From: an uncultured Candidatus Saccharibacteria bacterium
Lineage (GTDB): Bacteria > Patescibacteriota > Minisyncoccia > Minisyncoccales > PEYH01
Reading direction: 5' to 3'
Assembly: GCA_964636195.1 (NCBI GenBank)
Contig: CAZWQR010000003.1
Coordinates: 1-42,297, forward strand
DNA length: 42,297 nucleotides
Shown here: in pieces, positions 15,423 through 24,866 of the stretch
How positions within the stretch are numbered: position 1 is the stretch's first letter
How the letters are laid out: the number at the start of each line of letters is the position of its first letter
Program-made: the position numbers and the translations under genes
The notes under the pieces: model-generated
Database searches by the model: none
What the model was told of the DNA's origin: nothing
What the model saw: the letters and a program-made list of their open reading frames with translations, nothing else

Positions 15423-16621
15423 AGTTGAATTCCCTCCTTTAATATTTTGATAGCTTTTTCTAGCTGGGGATCTTTTTGGGCTTTATAATCGTCTTCGGTC
15501 ATCTTAACTTCCACATCAGGTTTTAGCCCTTGCCCGTCTATTAAATCTCCTCTAGGAGTCAACCAATGGGCTATGGTCACCTTAAGCAAAGCGCCTCCTC
15601 GAATATCAACCGGCTGCTGAACCGACCCTTTGCCAAAAGTCGTTTCTCCTACTAATTGTACATCATCTCTATTTTCACGCAAGGCAGCAGCCAAGATTTC
15701 CGCCGCCGAAGCAGTGCCCCCGTTAACCAAAATAACGCAAGGATATTCTTCCAACAAAGCATTGCCTCGCGCCAGATACTCTCTATCTTCACCAGTAGCA
15801 CTCCTTTCTGTGGTAACTACCGACCCCTTCTCAATAAACCAACTAGCCGCATTTTGGGCTTCGCCCAAAAGCCCGCCGCTATTGTTTCTTAAGTCTAAAA
15901 TAATTTTATCGGCCTTGCTCATCAAAATCTCTCTTACTTTGCTCTGCATTTCACTATTTAAATTACCAGAAAACTGATAAATTCTCAACTTAGCAATACT
16001 TCCATCCTCTAAAAACTCCAATGTAGTTGAAGGAACATTAATTTCGTCTCTAACAATAGAAAAAACCCGCGGCTCATCCCAACTCTGACGCATAATAGTA
16101 AGATTCACCACTGTTCCTTTTTCGCCTCTAATTAATTTGACGGCTTCGTCTATGGAAACATCTTTGGTCTCAACGTCTTCCACTTTTAAAACTTTATCTC
16201 CCGGGAGAATGCCCGCCTTATCAGCCGGCGTATCCTCTAACGGAGAGACCACGGTTAGAATGCCTTCTCTTACTGTAATCTCCATACCAACTCCTTCAAA
16301 AGAACCGGAAATATCATCTTTAAAAATCTTGCTGTCCGAAGGTTTAAAAAAGGCCGTATAGGGATCGCCTAAGCTCTCTACCATCCCTTTTGCCGCTCCG
16401 TAGATTAAATTTTGTTCATCAATATCTCCAATATATTCACTTTCCAGATTATTCCAAACATCCCATAAAATAGAAATGTCAGCTGAAGTATCTAAGCCCT
16501 TGGGCGCTTCCGGTATTTGGTTATATCCTCTATTGTAAGCCAAAAAATAAACAACATTGGTCCAAATAGCCAACAAAACCAAGAAAAGAAAGATTTTTAG
16601 TACTATCCTATTTTTCTTCAT
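15419..16621 (-). CDS. S41-family carboxyl-terminal processing protease (PDZ-containing)
   Basis: PDZ segment [16 protein letters not shown]. The S41 core has LDLRNNSGG and TASAAEILA. Confidence 0.9.
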   Translation of the reverse strand: MKKNRIVLKIFLFLVLLAIWTNVVYFLAYNRGYNQIPEAPKGLDTSADISILWDVWNNLESEYIGDIDEQNLIYGAAKGMVESLGDPYTAFFKPSDSKIFKDDISGSFEGVGMEITVREGILTVVSPLEDTPADKAGILPGDKVLKVEDVETKDVSIDEAVKLIRGEKGTVVNLTIMRQSWDEPRVFSIVRDEINVPSTTLEFLEDGSIAKLRIYQFSGNLNSEMQSKVREILMSKADKIILDLRNNSGGLLGEAQNAASWFIEKGSVVTTERSATGEDREYLARGNALLEEYPCVILVNGGTASAAEILAAALRENRDDVQLVGETTFGKGSVQQPVDIRGGALLKVTIAHWLTPRGDLIDGQGLKPDVEVKMTEDDYKAQKDPQLEKAIKILKEGIQL

Positions 16622-17663
16622 TTTTAAAAATTAATTGAATGATTTTTGCTGTTTTAGCAACGAATTGTTTTAAATACGTCCTAAAATGAGAAAAAGCAAA
16701 TAGCAAAATTCCAAAAAATACAATTACCAAGCATAATCCCCTATAAACTAAGCTTAGCGCCACACCAGTAGCAGGGCCCAAATTAAAACTTGTCAAAACA
16801 AAAGCTTGAGTCGCCTCAAGGGTGCCCAAAGCAGCGGGAAGAGGGATTATCATAGCAAGATCTGTCATACTTTTTATAACCAAACTTTGGGGCAGGGTCA
16901 AGCAATGTCCCATAAAAAATATTATTAACCAAAAACTTAAGAGTACAAAAATAACTTCTAAAATTGAATAAAAAACTACTTTTGGAATTATGTCTTTTCG
17001 CCCAATAAAAAACCTTTTGGCGTGATTCTCTACCTCGCTTAACCCAATTTCAAACTTTTTAGAATTAATTAATTTTTTTAAATAAAGCTTTTCTGCCAAA
17101 CTAACAAAAATACCTTTTTCTTGAGAAACCTTTCTAAGTCTCCTTATCAAAATCCAGAATCCCAAAACGCAGGCAGAAAGCATAATCCCTATTATTATTT
17201 CAATCGACCAACCCAAGTCAAGATAAACAAGAAAAAGAAAAAGACCGGCAAAAAAGAAAACAAAGGAGGATAAAATTTGGATAATCTTATCTAAGACAAT
17301 AGAGGCAACCAAGCGGCTATTTTTGTCTTCGTCGTCACCCTTTAAAACAAAAAATCTGGCCGGCTCACCCCCCAATAAGGCAGCAGGAGTAATATAACTC
17401 AAACTAAAACCAATGGTTTTGACTAGAGCAAGCTTCCAAAAATTAGGCAAATCAGCATCAACGCTTCTCATAATAGCTTTCCACCTTAAGGTTCCAGAAA
17501 AAATAAAACCCAGCAGCATAGTAAACAAAATTAAGGAAAGCTGAAAAAAAGAAAAAGCCGCTAAAGCCTCTCTAACTGTATGAAAACCAACTTTATCTAG
17601 GGTCAAGATAAACAAAACTATCCCCAATCCAAGAAAAACAATCAATATTGTTCCTTTACGCAT
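16608..17663 (-). CDS. polytopic membrane protein, lysylphosphatidylglycerol-synthase TM-region / flippase-like (UPF0104-like) family
   Basis: About 8 TM helices and an N-terminal pattern typical of the UPF0104/LPG_synthase_TM family. The family call is by resemblance only. Confidence 0.7.
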   Translation of the reverse strand: MRKGTILIVFLGLGIVLFILTLDKVGFHTVREALAAFSFFQLSLILFTMLLGFIFSGTLRWKAIMRSVDADLPNFWKLALVKTIGFSLSYITPAALLGGEPARFFVLKGDDEDKNSRLVASIVLDKIIQILSSFVFFFAGLFLFLVYLDLGWSIEIIIGIMLSACVLGFWILIRRLRKVSQEKGIFVSLAEKLYLKKLINSKKFEIGLSEVENHAKRFFIGRKDIIPKVVFYSILEVIFVLLSFWLIIFFMGHCLTLPQSLVIKSMTDLAMIIPLPAALGTLEATQAFVLTSFNLGPATGVALSLVYRGLCLVIVFFGILLFAFSHFRTYLKQFVAKTAKIIQLIFKNEEK

Positions 17664-17806
17664 AAAAAATCACTTGGTTTAATAGTATCTATTTTATCTT
17701 TTTTAAAGGTTTTTAGCAAGCAAAAATCAGCCCAGCCAAATAAAAACGCCAGAACCATCTGGCAAAAAGAGCAAATTGCGCCCCATATTGAAAACGGTAC
17801 GAACAT
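17642..17806 (-). CDS. possible small hydrophobic Cys-rich peptide (54 aa) in the tRNA-Lys trailer
   Basis: ATG at 17806 lies 6 nt behind GGAG. It has one hydrophobic segment and overlaps the start of the next gene. It also contains a terminator-like hairpin, so it may not be coding. Confidence 0.25.
   Translation of the reverse strand: MFVPFSIWGAICSFCQMVLAFLFGWADFCLLKTFKKDKIDTIKPSDFLCVKEQY
17741..17763 (-). terminator. terminator-like hairpin about 90 nt downstream of tRNA-Lys
   Basis: Stem gccaga/tctggc with a 4-nt loop, followed by GTTTTTATTT on the minus strand. Confidence 0.5.
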
Positions 17807-17855
17807 ATTCCACTCCGCCGAAAACAGCACTAAACCTTTGACCTTTACTGAAATG

Positions 17856-17926
17856 TGCCCCTAGAAGGGATCGAACCCTCATCAATGGCTTAAAAGGCCA
17901 CTGCTCTACCATTGAGCTATAGGGGC
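17856..17926 (-). tRNA. tRNA-Lys (anticodon UUU), 71 nt, CCA not encoded
   Basis: A manual cloverleaf fits: acceptor GCCCCTA/TAGGGGC, D-arm GCTC-AATGGTA-GAGC, anticodon arm GTGGC-CTTTTAA-GCCAT, T-arm GAGGG-TTCGATC-CCTTC. Confidence 0.93.
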
Positions 17927-17930
17927 GGAA

Positions 17931-18108
17931 CTAATTATCAATTTTCAATTATCAATTTTCAATGAATTTTCAATAAACTAATTATCAATGAATTTTCGAT
18001 GACCAATTATCCAATTATCAAATTATCAAATTATCTAATTCTCCAACAAGAAAATAGTACAGTTTTACTTGAAAATTGATCATTGTTTGAAAATTGAAAA
18101 TTGAAAAT
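17931..18108. repeat. very AT-rich array of short direct and inverted repeats
   Basis: aattatcaattttc x2 plus partial copies, aattatc[ac] x4-5 in tandem, and gaaaattga x3 on the far side (the reverse complement of tcaattttc). Confidence 0.85.
17934..17962 (-). promoter_or_regulatory. candidate tRNA-Lys promoter (TTGAAA-17-GATAAT), 7 nt before the mature 5' end
   Basis: Minus-strand TTGAAA at 17962-17957 and GATAAT at 17939-17934. The first tRNA base is at 17926. Confidence 0.55.
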
Positions 18109-18112
18109 TTAT

Positions 18113-19180
18113 CTACAATCCTTCCTGCTGTAGATTCTTTATCAACTCTTTTTGTTTTTTTGTCAAATTTTTAGGGACATCTACCTGCGCTTCAACATAT
18201 AAATCACCGCTGCCAAAACCGGCAAATCTGGGAACCCCTCTGCGGCTTATCTTAAAAACTTTTGAAGAGGGAGTGCCTTTGGGGATCTTTAAAACTATCT
18301 TTTTCCCTTTTCTTAAAGAAGGAAATTCCACTTCTCCGCCAAAAACAGCAGTAGAATATTTAATCTTCTGTCTGGTATAGAGATCATCGCCCCTTCTTTT
18401 GAAAACAGGATGAGGCCTCACAGAAATCCTTACATACAAATCACCAGCTTGGCCCTGCTTTCTGCCAGCCTGGCCCTTACCTTTGAATTTTAAAATTTGG
18501 CCGCTATCAACGCCGGCCGGAATCTCTAACTCTATCTCCTTTTTTTCTTTGATCCTTCCTTCACCCTTACAAACATTACAAGGTTTCTCGGGCACATAGC
18601 CCTCGCCATTGCAATCAGGGCAAACCGACTGATGAGTTATGGTGCCAAAAAAAGTTCTCCTCATCTCTTGGACTACGCCTGTTCCTCGGCAAACCTGACA
18701 TTCTTTTACATCAGTGCCAGGCTCTGCTCCTACTCCCCCACAACGAGGACAAACAACATACTTAGAAAGCGTAATGTTTTTTTTGGTTGTCTCTAAAACA
18801 TCTTCTAAATTAAGCTCTACCTGAATTTCAATGTCATCGCCTTGCTTAAAATCTTCGCTCGTCTGTTCTCTACGGGTTCCGCCAAAGAATTGCTCAAAAA
18901 TATCGCCTAGATCAAAATCAAAACCTGCGCCATCTTGCTGCCAGAAATTACCAAAACCTTGAGCATTTTGCTGCTCAAAAGCAAAGCCAAACCTATCATA
19001 TTGAGATCTCTTCTCTTTATTAGATAAAACCTGATAGGCCTCGTTTATCTTATGAAACTTTTTGGCATCACCTCCCTTGTCTGGATGGTATTTGTGAGCT
19101 AACTTACGATAGGCCTTTTTAATTTCATCTTGGCTGGCGTTTTTAGAGACCCCAAGAATTTTGTAATAATCCTCCGCCAT
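18113..19180 (-). CDS. dnaJ: molecular chaperone DnaJ
   Basis: J-domain with HPD (KYHPDKG), G/F region and four CxxCxGxG zinc-finger repeats. Confidence 0.95.
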   Translation of the reverse strand: MAEDYYKILGVSKNASQDEIKKAYRKLAHKYHPDKGGDAKKFHKINEAYQVLSNKEKRSQYDRFGFAFEQQNAQGFGNFWQQDGAGFDFDLGDIFEQFFGGTRREQTSEDFKQGDDIEIQVELNLEDVLETTKKNITLSKYVVCPRCGGVGAEPGTDVKECQVCRGTGVVQEMRRTFFGTITHQSVCPDCNGEGYVPEKPCNVCKGEGRIKEKKEIELEIPAGVDSGQILKFKGKGQAGRKQGQAGDLYVRISVRPHPVFKRRGDDLYTRQKIKYSTAVFGGEVEFPSLRKGKKIVLKIPKGTPSSKVFKISRRGVPRFAGFGSGDLYVEAQVDVPKNLTKKQKELIKNLQQEGL

Positions 19181-19188
19181 CTTAAAAA

Positions 19189-21099
19189 TTAATTATCTTT
19201 TTCCTTGGCCTCACCCTCCTCTGGCTCTTCTCCTTCTTCTTTAGTTCCACCTTCTTCCGGCTGCTTGCCTTCTTCTTTTTCTGTATTGCCGCTTTGATTC
19301 TTTTGATAAATCTCTTGTCCAGCTTTTTGAGCAGCCTTGATTAATTCCTCGCTTAACCTCTTTATTTCTTCTATATTATCACCATCTTTAACTTTTTTCA
19401 ATTGCTCGATTTTTTCTTCAACTTCCTTTTTAACCCCTTCTGAAATCTTGTCTTTGGATTCATTAATCGTTCTTTGTGAACTGTAAATTAAAGCTTCTGC
19501 TTGATTTCTGGATTCAATTAACTCCTTTTTCTTTTTATCCTCTTGAGCATGCAGTTCAGCTTCTTTTTTCATTCTTTCCACTTCTTCATCAGAAACACCG
19601 CACGAGCCCTCAATTCTTATAGATTGTTTTTTGCCTGTCCCTTTGTCAGTGGCTGAAACCTGCAAAATACCATTGGCGTCTATCTCAAAATCAACCTCAA
19701 TCTGAGGAACGCCTCTGGGAGCGGGCGGAATACCGTCCAGTATAAAAGTACCCAATGATTTATTATCAACAGCAGTAGCTCTTTCGCCTTGCAAGACTTT
19801 TATCTGGACCGAGGTCTGATTGTCGGCGGCAGTAGAAAAAACTTGTTTTTTGGAAGTCGGAATCGTGGTGTTTTTGGGAATCAAAATAGTATTAACTCCC
19901 CCCAAAGTTTCAATACCCAAAGACAAAGGAGTGACATCTAAAAGCAAAACGTCTTTCATCTCTCCCTGCAATATGCCTGCCTGGACAGAGGCGCCCAGAG
20001 CCACCACTTCGTCTGGATTAATGTCTTTTTTTGGCTCTTTATTAAGAAGTTTTTTTAATTCCTCCTGAATCTTAGGCATTCTGGTCTGTCCGCCAACTAA
20101 GACTATTTCTTCTATCTCTGCTTCTTGCAACTTAGCATCTTTCAAAGTCTTTCTTACCAGCTCAATTGATCTATCAATATATTCTTTAACCATCTCTTCA
20201 AACTGGGCTCTGGTTAGCTTGTAATTAAGATGCTTTGGCCCGCTAGCATCAGAGGTAACAAAAGGCAAATTTATCTCTGTCTCTATGGCAGTAGAAAGCT
20301 CCATTTTAGCTTTTTCAGCCGCCTCTTTTAAACGCTGTAAGGCTAACTTATCTTTTGATAAATCAACTCCTTGATCCTTTTTAAACTGTTCTACCAGCCA
20401 ATCAATAATCTTTTGGTCAAAATCATCACCGCCCAAATGAGTGTCTCCATTAGTAGCTTTTACTTCAACTGTGTCCTCCGAAACGTCCAAAATGGAAATA
20501 TCAAAAGTGCCGCCCCCAAAATCATAAACCACAATCTGGTGGTCTTTCTTTTTAGTCAGGCCATAGGCTAAAGCAGCAGCAGTTGGTTCGTTAATTACTC
20601 TTTTAACTTTAAAACCAGCAATTTCTCCGGCCACTTTAGTTGCCTTTCTTTGAGAGTCATCAAAATAGGCAGGGCAGGTAATAATAGCTTCATCAAATTT
20701 TTCTCCCAATCTATCCTCGGCGTCGTTTTTTAACTTTTGAAGAATCATGGCAGAAATCTCAAACGGACGATACCATTTTTCGCCCATCTTAACTTCTACT
20801 CCCCCGTCTTGCGATTCTCTAATTTCATAAGGCAAAAGCTTCAGATCCTTTGCCACTTCTTTATCAGAAAACTTTCTGCCAATTAAACGCTTAACAGAGA
20901 ATATTGTATTTTCCGGATTGGTTATCTGTTGTCTTTTAGCCAACACCCCAACCATCCGTTCATTATTTTTACTAACAGCAACAATAGAAGGTGTTGTTCT
21001 GGCGCCTTCTTTGTTCTCAATAATCTTTGGCTCGCCATCTATAATAGCGGCCATAGCTGAATTGGTGGTACCTAAATCAATACCTAAAATCTTAGACAT
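19189..21099 (-). CDS. dnaK: molecular chaperone DnaK (Hsp70)
   Basis: [17 protein letters not shown] and [10 protein letters not shown] signatures, full length. Confidence 0.97.
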   Translation of the reverse strand: MSKILGIDLGTTNSAMAAIIDGEPKIIENKEGARTTPSIVAVSKNNERMVGVLAKRQQITNPENTIFSVKRLIGRKFSDKEVAKDLKLLPYEIRESQDGGVEVKMGEKWYRPFEISAMILQKLKNDAEDRLGEKFDEAIITCPAYFDDSQRKATKVAGEIAGFKVKRVINEPTAAALAYGLTKKKDHQIVVYDFGGGTFDISILDVSEDTVEVKATNGDTHLGGDDFDQKIIDWLVEQFKKDQGVDLSKDKLALQRLKEAAEKAKMELSTAIETEINLPFVTSDASGPKHLNYKLTRAQFEEMVKEYIDRSIELVRKTLKDAKLQEAEIEEIVLVGGQTRMPKIQEELKKLLNKEPKKDINPDEVVALGASVQAGILQGEMKDVLLLDVTPLSLGIETLGGVNTILIPKNTTIPTSKKQVFSTAADNQTSVQIKVLQGERATAVDNKSLGTFILDGIPPAPRGVPQIEVDFEIDANGILQVSATDKGTGKKQSIRIEGSCGVSDEEVERMKKEAELHAQEDKKKKELIESRNQAEALIYSSQRTINESKDKISEGVKKEVEEKIEQLKKVKDGDNIEEIKRLSEELIKAAQKAGQEIYQKNQSGNTEKEEGKQPEEGGTKEEGEEPEEGEAKEKDN

Positions 21100-21132
21100 T
21101 TTTTCATTTAAGTTAATGATAAGAAACTCTTC

Positions 21133-21159
21133 TCTGCTCCGCTTAAAAAACGGAGCAGA
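21133..21159 (-). promoter_or_regulatory. intra-operon hairpin between hsp20 and dnaK
   Basis: Perfect 9-bp stem tctgctccg/cggagcaga with a 9-nt loop and no clean U-run. It could be an attenuator or a processing/stability element. Confidence 0.45.
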
Positions 21160-21171
21160 AACAATTCCCTA

Positions 21172-21609
21172 TCAATCTTTATATTTGACCTTTATATTCT
21201 TTTTGTTAGCTTTAGTAACTTTTGCTTTAGGAATCTCAACCTTTAATAAGCCGTTTTTAAATTCTGCCTTAGCTTTGCCAACCTTGGCTTCTGCGGGCAG
21301 AAGCACCATTCTCCTCAAATAACCAGACCTAATCTCTTTTCTCAAATAACCCTTTTTCTTTTCTTCCACTTTCTCTTGCTTCTTGCCTTCAACTTTTAAA
21401 AGATTGTCCTCCACAGAAACGCTTACACTCTTTGGATCAATACCGGGCATCTCCACTTCAGCCACTATATTGTCTTTGGTTTCGTAAACATCCATCCTCG
21501 GTTCGCTGATAGAAGGGAAATCCCCCAACTGCATATCGTGAAAATTCTCGGCCCACTTATCAAAAATCTTCTCTAAATCCCTAAATGGTTGATAAGGTAT
21601 TAAATCCAT
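21172..21609 (-). CDS. Hsp20/alpha-crystallin family small heat-shock protein
   Basis: Alpha-crystallin domain pattern (P.MDVYET.D..V.EVEMPG......V.V....L.V.G...., A.F.NGLL.V.IPK). Confidence 0.9.
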   Translation of the reverse strand: MDLIPYQPFRDLEKIFDKWAENFHDMQLGDFPSISEPRMDVYETKDNIVAEVEMPGIDPKSVSVSVEDNLLKVEGKKQEKVEEKKKGYLRKEIRSGYLRRMVLLPAEAKVGKAKAEFKNGLLKVEIPKAKVTKANKKNIKVKYKD

Positions 21610-21640
21610 GGTTTTCTAAGAATTGGTTTTTAACGACCTT

Positions 21641-22114
21641 TTAGTTTGCCGCTCTTACCCGAGCAGCTCTAATAACTTTATCTTTATACTTGTACCCTTT
21701 CTGAATTACTTTCAAAATTTCTCCTTCTTTAGCACCTTCTTTTTTTGCAGTCTCAATAACCTCCTCAACTTCAGGATTAAATATATCTCCAATTTTAGTT
21801 TGAATTTCTTTAATTCCTTGTCTTTTTAAAAAATCTTCAAAATATTTTTGGATTTGCAAAAATCCCTCAATCACCGCATTTTTATCCTTAGCAGCTTCTT
21901 CTTTGGCTTTTTCAAACTGATCAAGCACTGTCAAGAGCTCTAAAGCCCATTCTTCTTTTTCATAATCAACCAAAGCTCTTAGGCGTTCTGATTCTTGTTT
22001 TTTGTAATTCAAAAAATCTGCCTGACATCTTTGCCAACCAGCCAGATACCTGTCTCGTTCCTCTTTAATCTGTTCAATCCTAGATTTAGATTTTTTCTTT
22101 TTTTCCTGTTCCAT
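21641..22114 (-). CDS. grpE: nucleotide exchange factor GrpE
   Basis: Coiled-coil N-terminus with QADF.NYKK, and a C-terminal beta domain (FNPE...V). First gene of the dnaK operon. Confidence 0.9.
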   Translation of the reverse strand: MEQEKKKKSKSRIEQIKEERDRYLAGWQRCQADFLNYKKQESERLRALVDYEKEEWALELLTVLDQFEKAKEEAAKDKNAVIEGFLQIQKYFEDFLKRQGIKEIQTKIGDIFNPEVEEVIETAKKEGAKEGEILKVIQKGYKYKDKVIRAARVRAAN

Positions 22115-22134
22115 TGCACTAAAAGTTATTTAAT

Positions 22135-22162
22135 ATTTTACACCTTCAATAAATTTTGTCAA
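22135..22162 (-). promoter_or_regulatory. grpE operon promoter (TTGACA-16-TAAAAT)
   Basis: Minus-strand TTGACA at 22162-22157 and TAAAAT at 22140-22135. The leader is about 13-20 nt, without SD and without a CIRCE element. Confidence 0.6.
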
Positions 22163-22174
22163 GATAGATTTTTT

Positions 22175-22203
22175 TTGACAATTAGTTTATTATATGTTAA
22201 AAA
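22175..22203 (+). promoter_or_regulatory. candidate divergent promoter for prs (TTGACA-17-TAAAAA)
   Basis: TTGACA at 22175-22180, back-to-back with the grpE -35 (ttgtcaa-N12-ttgacaa). The -10 is weak. Confidence 0.4.
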
Positions 22204-22244
22204 AATATTAAAAATCACAGTACCTTAACAAGGAGGCGATTAGA

Positions 22245-23222
22245 ATGCCTGACACAATAAGACTGATAAGCGGAAGCGCAAATCCTGGTTTTGCCGAAGA
22301 GATTTTAGCAACTCTCCAAAGAAAATCAGTAAAATCTAAGATGGTTCAAACTAAGATTGGCCATTTCCCCGACGGAGAAACCAAGATCCAAATCCAAGAA
22401 ACGGTTCGGGGCTACAGTGTTTATGTGATTCAGCCGACCTCACCGCCGGTAAACGACAACCTGATGGAGCTCTGCCTTATTTTAGACGCGCTCAAAAGAG
22501 CTTCAGCTAAAAACATAACAGCCGTGATTCCCTATTACGGCTATTCCAGACAAGAACGTAAGGTTGAGCCCCGTACTCCTGTCAGCGCCAAATTAGCTGC
22601 AATCTTCATTGAAAATGCGGGAGCAAAGCGAGTAGTGCTGATGGATATCCACGCTGGCGCTACACAAGGATTCTTTGAAATCCCAGTAGACAATCTCTAT
22701 GCTCACCCAATATTTGCCCAGGCCCTAATTCAGAATAACCTAATCAACTCAAAGACTGTCATTGTGTCTCCTGATATTGGGGGAACACAAAGAGCCAGAA
22801 AACTAGCGGAATACCTTCAGGTGCCCCTTGCAATAATCGAAAAAAGAAGAAATCCTAGCACAGGCAAGTTAAAACTTTTTAACCTTATCGGAGATGTTAA
22901 GGGCAAAAAGGCGATCCTTTATGACGACATTGCTGCCTCGGGCAAAAGCTTAATTCGCGCCGCCACGCTGTTGTCCAAAGCCGGCGCAGTAGAGGTAAGA
23001 GCCGCTGTTACCCACGGAGTACTTTGCGGTTCAGCAGTAAGAGATATCCAAAAATCACGCCTTAAATCGCTGATGCTGACCAACACTATTGCGCCTAAAC
23101 CGCGGGTAAGGGAAGGTTCTAAGATAACCAGAATCTCTGCGGCCAGAGCTTTTGCTGAAGCAATCAGGCGAATCCACGAAAACCGATCCGTAAGTTCTTT
23201 ATTCCAAGAACAATCCGACTAA
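22245..23222 (+). CDS. prs: ribose-phosphate pyrophosphokinase (PRPP synthetase)
   Basis: Motifs FPDGE, YYGYSRQERK and DIHA, plus a PRPP-binding loop. AGGAGG lies 8 nt upstream. G+C is visibly higher. Confidence 0.93.
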   Translation: MPDTIRLISGSANPGFAEEILATLQRKSVKSKMVQTKIGHFPDGETKIQIQETVRGYSVYVIQPTSPPVNDNLMELCLILDALKRASAKNITAVIPYYGYSRQERKVEPRTPVSAKLAAIFIENAGAKRVVLMDIHAGATQGFFEIPVDNLYAHPIFAQALIQNNLINSKTVIVSPDIGGTQRARKLAEYLQVPLAIIEKRRNPSTGKLKLFNLIGDVKGKKAILYDDIAASGKSLIRAATLLSKAGAVEVRAAVTHGVLCGSAVRDIQKSRLKSLMLTNTIAPKPRVREGSKITRISAARAFAEAIRRIHENRSVSSLFQEQSD

Positions 23223-23225
23223 TCC

Positions 23226-23255
23226 AGCCGGGCTCTAAGAGAGCCCGGCTTTTTC
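23226..23255 (+). terminator. rho-independent terminator after prs
   Basis: Perfect 10-bp stem agccgggctc/gagcccggct with a 5-nt loop, then TTTT. Confidence 0.85.
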
Positions 23256-23290
23256 GCTCTTTTATTCCACTAGCTTAATAAAAAAATTTT

Positions 23291-23299
23291 TGCTAAAAT
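23291..23299 (+). promoter_or_regulatory. extended -10 (TGcTAAAAT) 6 nt upstream of the glycosyltransferase ATG
   Basis: TGcTAAAAT at 23291-23299, then atttta, then ATG at 23306. No SD. Confidence 0.45.
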
Positions 23300-23305
23300 A
23301 TTTTA

Positions 23306-24862
23306 ATGTCAAAAAAGATAATACTAATTATTCTTTTAATAATCGTTTTCATAGGGGGATTTTTAAGAATCTATAAGCTGCATTCTATCCCGCCAGGCCT
23401 CTACCCAGATGAAGCCATGAATGCCAATGACGCCTTTGACAATCCCGGGCAACCTTTTTATCCAGAGAACAACGGAAGAGAAGGCCTTTATATGAATCTG
23501 GTATTTTTAAGCTTTAAAATCTTTGGAATTAATGTCTTTGCTTTAAGATTTGTTTCTGCCATAATAGGAACAATAACCATTTTAGGCCTTTACTTACTCA
23601 CTAAAGAATTATTCAGTTTTTTAAGGTACAAAGGAGCAGAAACCATAGCGCTATTTTCCAGTTTCTTTCTAGCCGTCTCTTTTTGGCACATTAATTTTTC
23701 CAGAATTGGCTTTAGGGGAATTCTTTTGCCATTTTGTTTTACTTTCTGTTTTTATTTTCTGTTTAAGGGTTTGCGCACAAAAAGTATTTTTTCTTTTATT
23801 TATGCTGGAATCTTTTTAGGACTTGGCTTTTATACCTATTCTGCTTACAGAATGAGTTTTCTAATCTTTTTAGCCGTCTTTTCAATTTATTTTATGTGGG
23901 CCTTAAGGAAAAAAGAAATTAAAAACTTTTTTCTAAATTCTTTTGTTTTTACTCTAGCCGCTTTGATTACAGCATTTCCCTTGATTTATTATTTCATAAA
24001 TAATCCAGGGACATTCTTTGGGCGTTTGGGTCAAGTCTCCGTCTTTTCACAAGAAAATCCCATTAAAAGTTTTCTAATAAGCACCTTTGCCCACCTTTAT
24101 ATGTTGAATATAAGAGGAGATTGTAACTGGCGCCACAATCTTTCCGGCTCTCCTCAGTTATTTTTTCCCATAGGAATCCTTTTTATCTTAGGGCTTGCCA
24201 TTGGTTTTAGAAGATGTCTCTTAGCGCATAAAAAAAAGGATTTTAAAAGACTATTAGTTTTTTATTTTCTGTTTTCCTGGTTTTTTGCTATGCTTTTGCC
24301 AGGCGCCTTAACTTATGAGGGTATCCCGCATTCTTTAAGGACAATCGGGGTTATTCCGGTTTGTTATATCTTTGCCGCGCTCGGCGCTTTTAATCTATAT
24401 GAAAAAATAAAAAAAGTCGGCACAAGGAAAGCAATGGTAATTATTTTAATTTCTGCCTGCTTCCTTGTTTCTTGGCAGTTCCATAAATATTTTTATACTT
24501 ATGCTAAAAATGAAAATCTCAAGGGCGCTTTTACAGAAAACTTATTAGAGCTGGGACAGTTTATTAACGCCCAGAGCGACAAAGTCTATGTAATTGTAAA
24601 CCAAGGAGGAACTCCCGTGCCCTGGCCCGACGGCATAGCTATGCCTGCCCAAACTCTTATCTTTATTGAAAAAACTAAATATCAAAAAGCTAGAGCCGTT
24701 TATTTAAAACCAGACCAATTAGGCCTTATTAAAGACGAAAAAGCAATAATTTTACCTCTAAACCCTAATGACGAAATAATAAATGAACTAAGAACAAGAT
24801 TTCCCAATAATCAAATTACATATTTTGGCCAAAACAACAAAGCAATAAAAATTAATTATTAA
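23306..24862 (+). CDS. GT-C fold glycosyltransferase, ArnT/PMT (GT39/GT83-like) family
   Basis: Polytopic membrane protein with an early extracytoplasmic-loop motif (LYPDEAMNANDA) typical of lipid-carrier-dependent glycosyltransferases. Confidence 0.8.
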   Translation: MSKKIILIILLIIVFIGGFLRIYKLHSIPPGLYPDEAMNANDAFDNPGQPFYPENNGREGLYMNLVFLSFKIFGINVFALRFVSAIIGTITILGLYLLTKELFSFLRYKGAETIALFSSFFLAVSFWHINFSRIGFRGILLPFCFTFCFYFLFKGLRTKSIFSFIYAGIFLGLGFYTYSAYRMSFLIFLAVFSIYFMWALRKKEIKNFFLNSFVFTLAALITAFPLIYYFINNPGTFFGRLGQVSVFSQENPIKSFLISTFAHLYMLNIRGDCNWRHNLSGSPQLFFPIGILFILGLAIGFRRCLLAHKKKDFKRLLVFYFLFSWFFAMLLPGALTYEGIPHSLRTIGVIPVCYIFAALGAFNLYEKIKKVGTRKAMVIILISACFLVSWQFHKYFYTYAKNENLKGAFTENLLELGQFINAQSDKVYVIVNQGGTPVPWPDGIAMPAQTLIFIEKTKYQKARAVYLKPDQLGLIKDEKAIILPLNPNDEIINELRTRFPNNQITYFGQNNKAIKINY

Positions 24863-24866
24863 ATTT

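Noticed and set aside
15169-16361. Plus-strand ORFs inside rplI and the S41 protease (15169-15351, 15630-15977, 15656-15892, 16137-16361).
   Set aside because: They are shadow frames of conserved genes, with Ser/Ala/Leu-rich low-complexity translations.
17727-17912. 61-aa ORF overlapping tRNA-Lys.
   Set aside because: It runs through the tRNA gene itself, and the tRNA cloverleaf is unambiguous.
17931-18108. Possible CRISPR array or replication origin in the AT-rich repeat array.
   Set aside because: Repeat units are only 8-14 bp and directly abutting, with no spacers and no cas genes, so it is not a CRISPR array. For an origin there are only degenerate DnaA-like words and no dnaA, dnaN or par genes, and skew cannot be computed on 42 kb. 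It is kept only as a low-probability alternative in the finding.
19820-21322. Plus-strand ORFs inside dnaK and hsp20 (19820-20068, 20371-20571, 20918-21322), plus 21623-21829 and 21995-22228 opposite grpE.
   Set aside because: They are shadow ORFs opposite highly conserved chaperone genes.
22115-22140. CIRCE (HrcA operator) in the grpE leader.
   Set aside because: Only a single half-like word (ttagtgca) is present. No TTAGCACTC-N9-GAGTGCTAA inverted repeat can be formed.
22156-22181. Inverted repeat ttgtcaa-N12-ttgacaa as a regulator-binding site.
   Set aside because: It is fully accounted for by the two back-to-back -35 hexamers of the divergent grpE and prs promoters.
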